Part shown: piece by piece, positions 1 to 12,699 of the stretch | Position numbering within the stretch: the stretch's first letter is position 1 | Layout: each line of letters begins with the position of its first letter | Source: the human T2T-CHM13v2.0 reference genome, Homo sapiens | Strand: one strand, 5' to 3' | Assembly: GCF_009914755.1 (NCBI RefSeq) | Contig: NC_060933.1 | DNA length: 64,000 nt | Position numbers and translations under genes: made by a program | The notes under the pieces: generated by a model | Database searches by the model: none | The model's input: the letters and a program-made list of their open reading frames with translations, nothing else | What the model was told of the DNA's origin: nothing

Positions 1-3000
1 TGGAATGGAAAGAATGGAATCAACACGAGTGGAATGGCATGGATTGGAATGGAATGGAATGGAATCAACCCGAGTACAGGGGAATGGAATGGAATGTAAT
101 GCAATGGAATGGAATCATCCGTAATGGAATGGAAAGGAATGGAATGGAATGGAATGGAATGGAATGGAATGGAATGGAATCAACTCGATTGCAATCGAAT
201 GGAATGGAATGGAATTAACCCGAATAGAATGGAATGGAATGGAATGGAACGGAACAGAACGGAACGGAACGGAACGGAGTGGAAGGGAATGGAATGGAAT
301 TGTATGGAATGGAATGGCATGGTACGGAATAGAATGGAATGGAAAGAATTGGAATGGAATGGAATCGAATGGAATGGAATGGAATGGAATGGAATCAACC
401 CGAGTGCAGGGGAATGTAATGGAACGGAATGCAATGGAATGGAATCATCCGGAATGGAATGGAATGGAATGGAATGGAATGGAATGGAATGGAATCAACC
501 CGAGTGCAATGGAATGGAGTGGAATGGAATGGAATGGAATGGAACAACCCGAATGGAATGGAATGTAATGGAGAGTAAGGGAGTTGAATAGAATCAATCC
601 GAATGTAATGGAATGGAACGGAATGGAATGGAATGGAATGGAATGGAATGGAATGGAATGGAATGGAATGGAATGCTATGGAATGGAATCAACCCGAGTA
701 CAATGGAACGGCATGGAATGGAATGTAATGTAATGGAATGGAATGGAATGGAATGGAATGGAATTGAATGGAATGGAATGGAATGGAATCAACCCGAGTG
801 CAATGGAATAGAGAGGAATGGAATGGAATGGAATGGAAACTACCCGAATGGAATGGAATGTAATGGAGTGTAAGGGAATTGAATAGAATCAATCCGAATG
901 GAATGGAATGGAATGGAACGGAATGTAATGGAATGGAATGGAATGGAATCAACCCGAGTGCAGGGGAATGGAATGGAATGGAATGCAATGGAATGGAATC
1001 ATCCGGAATGGAATGGAATGGAATGCAATGGAATGGAATGGAATGGAATCAACCCGAGTGCAATGGAATGGAGTGAAATGGAATGGAATGGAATGGAAAC
1101 AACCAGAATGGATTGGAATATAATGGAGTGTAAGGGTATTGAATAAAATCAATCTGAATGTAATGAAATGGAATGGAACGGAATGGAATGGAATGGAATG
1201 GAATGGAATGCAATGGAATGGAATCAACCCGAGTGCAATCGAATGGAATCGAATGCCATGGAATGCAATGGAATGCATTCAACTTGAATTGAAAGGAAAG
1301 AATGGAATCAACACGAGTGGAATGGCATGGATTGGAATGGAATGGAATGGAATGGAATCAACCCGAGTACAGGGGAATGGAATGGAATGGAATGCAATGG
1401 AATGGAATCATCAGTAATGGAATGGAAAGGAATGGAAAGGACTGGAATGGAATGGAATGGAATGGAATGGAATGGAATGGAATCAACTCGATTGCAACCG
1501 AATGGAATGGAATGGAAATAACCCGAATAGAATGGAATGGAATGGAGTGGAACGGAACGGAATGGAATGGAATGGAATGGAACGGAAAGGAATGGAATGG
1601 AATGGAATGGAATGGAATGGAATGGAATGGAATGGAATCAACGCGAGTGCCTTGGAATGGAATGGAATCGAATGGAATGGAAAGGAATGGAATGGAATCA
1701 AGCCGAGTGCAGGAGAATGTAATGGAACGGAATGCAATGGAATGGAATCATCCGCAATGCAATGGAATGGAGTGGAATGGAATGGAATCAACCCGAGTGC
1801 AATGGAATGGAGTGGAATGGAATGGAATGGAATGGAACAACCCGAATGGAATGGAATATAATGGAGAGTAAGGGAGTTGAAAAGAATCAATCCGAATGGA
1901 ATGGAATGGAATGGAACGGAATGGAATGGAATGGAATGGAATTCAATGGAATGCAATGGAATGGAATCAACCCGAGTACAATGGAATGGAATGGAATGGA
2001 ATGGAATGCAATGGAATGGAATCTTCCGGAATGGAACGGAATGGAATGGAATGGAATGGAATGCAATGGATTCAACTGTATTGCAATGGAATGGAATAGA
2101 ATGGAATGGAATGGAATGGAATGGAATGGAATTAAACCGAATAGAAGGGAATGGAATGGAATGGAACGGAAAAGAACGGAACGGAACGGAACGTTGTGGA
2201 ATGGAATGGAATGCAATTGTATGGAATGGAATGGAATGGTACGGAATAGAATGGAATGGAAAGAATTGGAATGGAATGGTATCGAATGGAATGGAATGGA
2301 ATGGAATGGAATCAACCCGAGTGCATGGGAATGTAATGGAACAGAATGCAATGGAATGGAATCATCCGGAATGGAATGGAATGGAATGGAATGGAATGGA
2401 ATGGAATGGAATGGAATCAACCCGAGCGCAATGGAATGGAGTGGAATGGAATGGAATGGAATGGAACAACCCGAATGGAATGGAATGTAATGGAGAGTAA
2501 GGGAGTTGAATAGAATCAATCCGAATGTAATGGAATGGAACGGAATGGAATGGAATGGATTGGAATGGAATGGAATGGAATGGAATGCAATGGAATGGAA
2601 TCAACCCGAGTACAATGGAACGGAATGGAATGGAATGTAATGTAATGGAATGGAATGGAATGGAATGGAATGGAATGAAATCAACCCGAGTGCAATGGAA
2701 TGGAGAGGAATGGAATGGAATGGAATGGAAACTACCCGAATGGAATGGAATGTAATGGAGTGTAAGGGAATTGAATAGAATCAATCCGAATGGAATGGAA
2801 TGGAATGGAACGGAATGTAATGGAATGGAATGGAATGGAATCAACCCGAGTGCAGGGGAATGGAATGGAATGGAATGCAATGGAATGGAATCATCCGGAA
2901 TGGAATGGAATGGAATGCAATGGAATGGAATGGAATGGAATCAACCCGAGTGCAATGGAATGGAGAGGAATGGAATGGAATGGAATGGAAACTACCCGAA

Positions 3001-4640
3001 TGGAATGGAATGTAATGGAGTGTAAGGGAATTGAATAGAATCAATCCGAATGGAATGGAATGGAATGGAACGGAATGTAATGGAATGGAATGGAATGAAA
3101 TCAACCCGAGTGCAGGGGAATGGAATGGAATGCAATGGAATGGAATCATCCGGAATGGAATGGAATGGAATGCAATGGAATGGAATGGAATGGAATCAAC
3201 CCGACTGCAATGGAATGGAGTGGAATGGAATGGAATGGAATGGAACAACCCGAATGGAATGGTATGTAATGGAGAGTAAGGGAGTTGAATAGAATCAATC
3301 CGAAAGTAATGGAATGGAATGGAACGGAATGGAATTGAATGGAATGGAATGGAATGCAATGGAATGGAATCAACCCGAGTGCAATGGAAAGGAGAGGAAT
3401 GGAATGGAATGGAATGGAAACTACCCGAATGGAATGGAAAGTAATGGAGTGTAAGGGAATTGAATAGAATCAATCCGAATGTAATGGAATGGAATGGAAC
3501 GGAATGGAATGGAATGGAATGGAATGGAATGGAATGGAATGGAATCAACCCGAGTGCAATCGAATGGAATCGAATGGAATGCAATGCAATGGAATGGATT
3601 CAATTCAATCTAATGGAAAGAATGGAATCAACACGAGTGGAATGGCATGGATTGGAATGGAATGGAATGGAATCAACCCGAGTACAGGGGAATGGAATGG
3701 AATGGAATGCAATGGAATGGAATCATCCGTAATGGAATGGAAAGGAATGGAATGGAATGGAATGGAATGGAATGGAATGAAATCAACCCGAGTGCAATGG
3801 AATGGAGAGGAATGGAATGGAATGGAATGGAAACTACCCGAATGGAATGGAATGTAATGGAGTGTAAGGGAATTGAATAGAATCAATCCGAATGGAATGG
3901 AATGGAATGGAACGGAATGTAATGGAATGGAATGGAATGGAATCAACCCGAGTGCAGGGGAATGGAATGGAATGGAATGCAATGGAATGGAATCATCCGG
4001 AATGGAATGGAATGGAATGCAATGGAATGGAATGGAATGGAATCAACCCGAGTGCAATGGAATGGAGTGAAATGGAATGGAATGGAAAGGAGACAACCAG
4101 AATGGATTGGAATATAATGGAGTGTAAGGGAATTGAATAGAATCAATCTGAATGTAATGAAATGGAATGGAACGGAATGGAATGGAATGTAATGGAATGG
4201 AATGGAATGCAATGGAATGGAATCAACCCGAGTGCAATCGAATGGAATCGAATGGAATGGAATGCAATGGAATGGATTCAACTTGAAAGGAATGGAAAGA
4301 AGGGAATCAACACGAGTGGAATGGCATGGATTGGAATGGAATGAAATGGAATCAACCCGAGTATAGGGGAATGGAATGGAATGGAATGCAATGGAATGGA
4401 ATCATCCGTAATGGAATGGAAAGGAATGGAATGGATTGGAATGGAATGGAATGGAATGGAATCAACTCGATTGCAATCGAATGGAATGGAATGGAATTAA
4501 CCCGAATAGAATGGAATGGAATGGAATGGAACGGAACGGAATGGAATGGAATGGAATGGAATGGAACGGAAAGAAAGGGAATGGAATGGAATAGAATGGA
4601 ATGGAATGGAATGGAATGCAATGGAAAGGAATGGAATGGA
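1..4640 (+). repeat. HSat3 dialect A block 1
   Basis: Contains A markers: GGAAAGAATGGAATCAACACGAGTGG (near 7, 1295, 3615), GGAAACTACCCG (835, 2727, 3829), GGAGAGTAAGGGAGTTGAA (570, 1863, 2492), TCGATTGCAATCGA (185, 4467). Confidence 0.7.
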
Positions 4641-7600
4641 ATGGAATAAAATTAACCCGAATAGAATGGAATGGAATGGAATGGAATGGAATGGAATGGA
4701 ATGGAATGGAATGGAATGGAATCCACCCGAGTGCCAGGGAATGGAATGGAATGGAATGCAATGGAATGGAATCATACGGAATGGAATGGAATGGAATGGA
4801 ATGCAATGGAATGGAATGGAATCACCCGATTGAAATGGAATGGAGTGGAATGGAATGGAATGGAATGGAAACAACCCGAAAGGAATGGAATGTAATGGAG
4901 AGTAAGGGAATTGAATAGAATCAATACGAATGTAACGGAATGGAATGGAACGGAATGGAATGCAATGGAATGGAATGGAATGCAATGGAATGGGATCAAC
5001 CCGAGTGAAATGGAATGGAATCGAAAGGAATGGAATGGAATGGAATGGTTTCAACCCGAATGGAATGGAAAGGAATGGAATCAACCCGAGTGGAATGCAT
5101 TGCAATAGAATGGAATGGAATGGGTTCAACTCGAATGGAATGGAAAGGAATGGAATCAACCCGAGTGGAATGGCATGGAATGGAATGGAATGGAATGGAA
5201 GGGAATGGGATGGAATGGAATTAACCTGAAGAGAATGGAAGGGAATGGAATGGAACGGAACGGAATGGAATGGAATGGAATGGAATGGAATGGAATGCAA
5301 TGGAATGGGATCAACCCGAGTACAGGGGAATGGAATGCAATGGAATACAATGGAATGGAATCATCCGGAATGGAATGGAATGGAATGGAATGGAATGGAA
5401 TGGAATGGAATGGAATGTAAACTACACGAGTGCAATGTAATGGAATCGAATGGAATGGAATGCAATGGATTCAACCCGAATGGAATGGAAACGAATGGAA
5501 TAAAACCGAGTGGAATGGCATGGAATGGAGTCTAATGGAATGGAATGGAATGGAATGGTATGCAATAGAATGGAATGGAACGAAATGGAATGGAATGGAA
5601 TGCAATGAAATGAACCCGTGTGCAATGGAATGGAATGGAATGGAATTGAATGGAATGGAATGGATTCAACTCGAATGGAATGGAAAGGAATGGAATCAAC
5701 CCGAGTGGAATGGCATGGAATGGAATGGAATGGAATGGAATGGAATGGAATGGAATGGAATTAACCCTAATGGAATGGAATGGAATGGAATGGAATGGAA
5801 TGGAATGGAATGGAAGGAAATGGAATGGAATGGAATGGAATGGAATGGAATGGAATGGAATGGAATGGTACGGAATAGAATGGAATGGAACGAAATGGAA
5901 TGGAATGGAATGGAATGGAATGGAATGGAATGGAATCAACCCGAGTGCAGGGGAATGGAATGGAATGGAAGGCAATGGAATGACATCATTGGGAATTGAA
6001 TGGAATGGAATGGAATGGAATGGAATCAACTCGATTGAAATGGAATGGAATGGAATGGAATGGAATGCAATGGAATGGAATGGAAGTGAATGGAATGGAA
6101 TGTAATGAAACCGAGTGCAGGGGAATGGAATGGAATGGAATGCAATGGAATGGAGTCATCCGGAATGGAACGGAATGGAATGGAATGGAATCAACCCGAG
6201 TGCAATGGAATGGAATGGAATGGAAAGGAATGGAATGGAATGGATTCAACCCGAATGGAATGGAAAGGAATGGAATCAACCCGAGAGGAATGGCATGGAA
6301 TGGAATGGAATGGAATGGAGTGCAATGGTACGGAATAGAATGTAATGGAACGAAACGGAATGGAATGGAATGGAATGGAATGGAATGGAATGGAATGGAA
6401 TGGAATAGAATGGAAAGGAATCACCCCAAGTGCAGGGGAATTTAATGGAATGGAATGCAGTGGAATGGAATCATCCGGAATGGAATGGAATGGAATGGAA
6501 TGGAACGGAATGGAATGGAATCAACTCGATTTCAATGGAATGGAAAGGAATGGAATGGAATGGAATGCAATGGAATCGTACGGAATAGAATGGAATGGAA
6601 CGAAATGGAATGGAATGGAATGGAATGGAATGGAATGGAATGGAATGGAACGGAATGGAATGGAATGAACCCGCGTGCAATGGAATGGAACGGAATGGAA
6701 TGGAATGGAATGGAATGGAATGGGTTCAACTCGAATGGAATGGAAAGGAATGGAATCAACACGAGTGGAATGTCATGGAATGGAATGGAATTGAATGAAA
6801 TGGAATGGAATGGAATGGAATGAAATGTAATGGAATGGAAAGGAATGGAATCAACACGAGTGGAATGGCATGGAATGGAATGGAATTGAATGAAATGGAA
6901 TGGAATGGAATGGAATGAAATGTAATGGAATGGAATGAAATGGAATCAACCCGATTGCAATGTAATGGAATAGAATGGAATGGAATGGAATGGAATGGAT
7001 TCAACCGGAATGGAATTAAAAGTAATGGAATATACCCGAGTGGAATGGCATGGAATGGTGTGGAATGGAATGCAATGGAATAGAATGGAATGGAATGGTA
7101 CGGAATAGAATGGAATGTAACGAAATGGAATGTAAGGGAATGGAATGGAATGGAATGGAATGAACCCGTGTGCAATGGAATGGAATGGAATGGAATGGAA
7201 TGGAATGGAATGGATTCAACTCTAATGGAATGGAAGGGAATGGAATCAACGCGAGTGGAATGGCATGGAATGGAATGGAATGGAATGGAAGTAAATGGAA
7301 TGGAATGGAATGAACCCGAGTGCAGGGGAATGGAATGGAATGGAATGGAATGGAATGGAATGCAGTGGAATGGAATCAAACCTAGTGCAATTGAATGGAA
7401 TGGAATGGAATGGAATGGAATGGAATGGAATGGAATGGATTCAACCCAAATGGAATGGAAAGCAATGGAATCAACTCGAGTGGAATGGCATGGAATGGAA
7501 TGGAATGGAATGTAATGGAATGGAATGGAATGGTACGGAATAAAATGGAATGGAACGAAATGGAATGGAATGGAATGGAATGGAACGGAATGGAATGGAA
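4640..7600 (+). repeat. HSat3 dialect B island inside dialect A
   Basis: Contains B markers: CCACCCGAG (4723), TCATACGG (4772), GGGATCAACC (4992, 5307), GAACCCGTGTGC (5612, 7162), GGGTTCAACTCG (5122, 6722), CAAACCTAGTG (7377), TTAACCTGAA (5221). A markers are absent. Confidence 0.65.
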
Positions 7601-10600
7601 TCATTCCGAGTGGAATAGAAGGGAATGAATTCGAGTGGAATGGAAAGGAATGGAATGGAATGGAAACTAATAAAATGGAATCAACACGAGTGGAATGGAA
7701 TGGAAAGGACTTGAATGGAATGGAATGGAATGGAATGGAATCAAGTCGATTGCAATGGAATGTAATGGAATGGAGTGGAATGGAATTAACGCGAATAGAA
7801 TGGAATGGAATGGAATGGAATGGAATGGAATGGAATGGAATGGAATCAACCTGAGTGCAGGGGAATGGAATGCAATGGAATGCAATGGAACGCAATGGAA
7901 TGGAATGGAATGGAATGGAATCAACGCGAGTGCAGGGGAATGGAATGTAATGGAATGCAATGGAATGGAATCTTCTGGAATGGAATGGAATGGAATGGAA
8001 TCAACCCGAGTGCAATGGAATGGAGTGGAATGGAATGGAATGGAATGGAATGGAATGGAATGGAATGGAATGGAATCAACGCGAGTGCAGGGGAATGGAA
8101 TGGAATCGAATGGAATGGAATGGAATGGAATGGAATCAACCCGAGTGCAGGGGAATGTAATGGAACGGAATGCAATGGAATCGAATCATCCGGAATGGAA
8201 TGGAATGGAATGGAATGCAAAGCAATGGAATCAACTCGATTGCAATGGAATGGAATGGAATGGCAAGGAATAGAACGGAATCAACCCGAATGTAATGGAT
8301 TGGAAAGGACTGGAATGGAGTGGAATGGAATGGAATGGAATGGAATGGAATCAACTCGATTGGAATGGAATGCAATGGAATGGAATGGAATGGAATGGAA
8401 TTAACCCGAATAGAATGGAATGGAATGGAATGGAACGGAATGGAATGGAATGGAATGGAATGGAATGGAATGGAATGGAATCAAACCGACTGCAGGGGAA
8501 AGGAATGGAATGGAATGCAATAGAATGGAATCATCCGGAACGGAATGGAATGGAATGGAATGGAATCAACTCGATTGCAATCGAATGGAATGGAATGGAA
8601 TTAACCCGAATAGAATGGAATGGAATGGAATGGAATGGAATGGAATGGAATGGAATGGAATCAACCCGAGTGCAGGGGAATGGAGTGGAATGGAAGGCAA
8701 TGGAATGGAATCATCCGGAATTGAATGGAATGGAATGGAATGGAATCAACCCGAGTGCAATGGAATGGAGTGGAATGGAATGGAATGGAATGGAACAACC
8801 CGAATGGAATGGAATGTAATGGAGAGTAAGGGAGTTGAAAAGAATCAATCCGAATGTAATGGAATGGAATGGAACGGAATGGAATGGAATGGAATGGAAT
8901 GGAATGGAATGGAATGGAATGCAATGGAATGGAATCAACACGAGTACAATGGAACGGAATGGAATGGAATGTAATGTAATGGAATGGAATGGAATGGAAT
9001 CAACCCGAGTTCAATGGAATGGAGAGGAATGGAATGGAATGGAATGGAAACTACCCGAATGGAATGGAATGTATTGGAGTGTAAGGGAATTGAATAGAAT
9101 CAATCCGAATGGAATGGAATGGAATGGAATGGAATGCAATGGAATGGAATCAACCCGAGTGCAATCGAATGGAATCGAATGGAATGGAATGCAATGGAAT
9201 GGATTCAACATCAATGGAATGCAAAGAATGGAATCAACACGAGTGGAATGGCATGGATTGGAATAGAATGGAATGCAATCAAGCCGAGTACAGGGGAATG
9301 GAATGGAATGGAATGCAATGGAATGGAATCATCCGTAATGGAATAGAAAGGAATGGAATGGAATGGAATGGAATGGAATGGAATCAACTCGATTGCAATG
9401 GAATGGAATGGAATGGAATTAACCCGAATAGAGAGGAATGGAATGGAATGGAACGGAACGGAATGGAATGGAATGGAATGGAATGGAATGGAATGGAATC
9501 AACCCGACTGCAGGTGAATGGAATGGAATGGAATGCAATGGAATGGATTCAACTTGAATGGAATGGAAAGAATGGAATCAACACGAGTGGAATGGCATGG
9601 ATTGGAATGGAATGGAATGGATCAACCCGAGTACAGGGGAATGGAATGGAATGGAATGCAATGGAATGGAATCATCCGTAATGGAATGGAAAGGAATGGA
9701 ATGGAATGGAATGGAATGGAATGGAATGGAATGGAATCAACTCGATTGCAATCAAATGGAATGGAATGGAATTAACCCGAATAGAATGGAATGGAATGGA
9801 ATGGAACGGAACGGAACGGAATGGAATGTAATGGAGTGGAATGGAATGGAATGGAATGGAATGGAAAGGAACGGAAAGGAATGGAATGGAATGGAATGGA
9901 ATGGAATGGAATGGAATCAACTCGATTGCAATCGAATGGAATGGAATGGAATTAACCCGAATAGAATGGAATGGAATGGAATGGAATGGAACGGAACGGA
10001 ACGGAATGGATGGAATGGAATGGAATGGAATGGAATCAACGCGAGTGCAGGGGAATGGAATGGAATGGAATGCAATGGAATGGAATCTTCCGGAATGGAA
10101 TGGAATGGAATGGAATGGAATGGAATGAAATGCAATTGATTCAACTCTACTGCAATGGAATGGAATAGAATGGAATGGAATGGAATGGAATGGAATGGAA
10201 TGGAATGCACCCGAATAGAATGGAATGGAATGGAATGAAACGGAATGGAACGGAATGGAATGGAATGGAATGGAATGGAATGGTATGGAATGGAATGGAA
10301 TGGTACGGAATAGAATGGAATGGAACGAATTGTAATGGAATGGAATTGAATGGAATGGAATGGAATGGAATGGAATCAACGCGAGTGCAGGGGAATGTAA
10401 TGGAACGGAATGCAATGGAATGGAATCATCCGGAATGGAATGGAATGGAATGGAATGGAATGGAATGGAATCAACCCGAGTGAAATGGAATGGAGTGCAA
10501 TGGAATGGAATGGAATGGAACAACCCAAATGGAATGGAATGTAATGGAGAGTAAGGGAGTTGAATAGAATCAATCCGAAAGTAATGGAATGGAATGCAAC

Positions 10601-12699
10601 GGAATGGAATGGAATGGAATGGAATGCAATGGAATGGAATCAACCCGAGTACAATGGAATGGAATGGAATGGAATGGAATGGAATGGAATGGAATGGAAT
10701 GCCTTCAAACCGAATGGAATGGAAAGGAATGGAATCAACACGAGTGGAATGGCATGGAATGGAATGGAATGGAATGGAATGGAACGATACGGAATAGAAT
10801 GGAATGGAACGAAATGGAATGGAATGGAATGGAATGGAATGGAATGGAATGGAATGGAATGGAATGGAATCGTTCCGAATGGAATAGGAGGGAATGTATT
10901 CGAGTGGAATGGAAAGGAATGGAATCAACCAGAGTGGAATGGAAGGGAATGGAATGGAATGGAAACTAATAGAATGGAATCAACCTGAGTGGAATGGAAT
11001 GGAAAAGACTGGAATAGAAAGGAATGGAATGGAATGGAATGGAATGGAACGGAAAGGAATGGAATGGAATGGAATGGAATGGAATGGAATGGAATGGAGT
11101 CAACGCGAGTGCAGGGGAATGGAATGGAATGGAATGCAATGGAATGGAATCTTCCGGAATGGAATGGAATTGAATGGAATGGAATGGAATGGAATGGAAT
11201 AAACCCGAGTGCAATGGAATGGAGTGGAATGGAATGGAATGGAATGGAACAACCCGAATGGAATGTAATGTAATGGAGACTAAGGGAGTTGAATAGAATC
11301 AATCCGAATGTAATGGAATGGAATGGAACGGAATGGAATTGAATGGAATGGAATGGAATGCAATGGAATGGAATCAACCCGAGTGCAATGGAATGGAGAG
11401 GAATGGAATGGAAACTACCCGAATGGAATGGAATGTAATGGAGTGTAAGGGAATTGAATAGAATCAATCCGAATGTAATGGAATGGAAAGGAACGGAATG
11501 GAATGGAATGGAATGGAATGGAATGCAATGGAATGGAATCAACCCGAGTGCAACCGAATGGAATCGAATGGAATGGAATGGAATGCAATGGAATGGATTC
11601 AACTTGAATGGAATGGAAAGAATGGAATCAACACGAGTGGAAGGGCATGGATTGGAATGCAATGGAATGGAATCAACCCGAGTACAGGGGAATGGAATGG
11701 AATGGAATGCAATGGAATGGAATCATCCGTAATGGAATGGAAAGGAATGGAATGGAATGGAATGGAATGGAATGGAATGGAATCAACACGATTGCAATCG
11801 AATGGAATGGAATGGAATTAACCCGAATAGAATGGAATGGAATGGAATGGAACGGAACGGAACGGAATGGAATGGAATGGAATGGAATGGAACGGAACGG
11901 AACGGAACGGAACGGAATGGAATGGAATGGAATGGAATGGAATGGAATCAACGAGAGTGCAGGGGAATGGAATGGAATGGAATGCAATGGAATGGAATCT
12001 TCCGGAATGGAATGGAATGGAATGGGATGGAATGAAATGCAACGGATTCAACTCGATTGCAATGGAATGGAATAGAATGGAATGGAATGGAATGGAATGG
12101 AATAAAGCCGAATAGAATGGAATGGAATGGAATGGAACGGAATGGAACGGAATGGAATGGAATGGAATGGAATGGTATGGAATGGAATGGAATGGTACGG
12201 AATAGAATGTAATGGAACGAATTGTAATGGAATGGAATTGAATGGAATGGAATGGAATGGAATGGAATCAACGCGAGTGCAGGGGAATGTAATGGAACGG
12301 AATGCAATGGAATGGAATCATCCGGAATGGAATGGAATGGAATGGAATGGAATGGAATGGAGTGTAAGGGAATTGAATAGAATCAATCCAAATGTAATGG
12401 AATGGAAAGGAACGGAATGGAAAGAATGGAATGGAATGGAATGGAATGGAGTGCAATGGAATGGAATCAACCCGAGTGCAACCGAATGGAATCGAATGGA
12501 ATGGAATGCAATGGAATGGATTCAACTTGAATGGAATGGAAAGAATGGAATCAACACGAGTGGAAGGGCATGGATTGGAATGCAATGGAATGGAATCAAC
12601 CCGAGTACAGGGGAATGGAATGGAATGGAATGCAATGGAATGGAATCATCCGTAATGGAATGGAAAGGAATGGAATGGAATGGAATGGAATGGAATGGA

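Noticed and set aside
10885-10895. AGGAGG Shine-Dalgarno-like motif before ATG (also 13125, 16075, 19625, 24707)
   Set aside because: Eukaryotic satellite context; a chance product of pentamer divergence, and the downstream ORFs are repeat translations.
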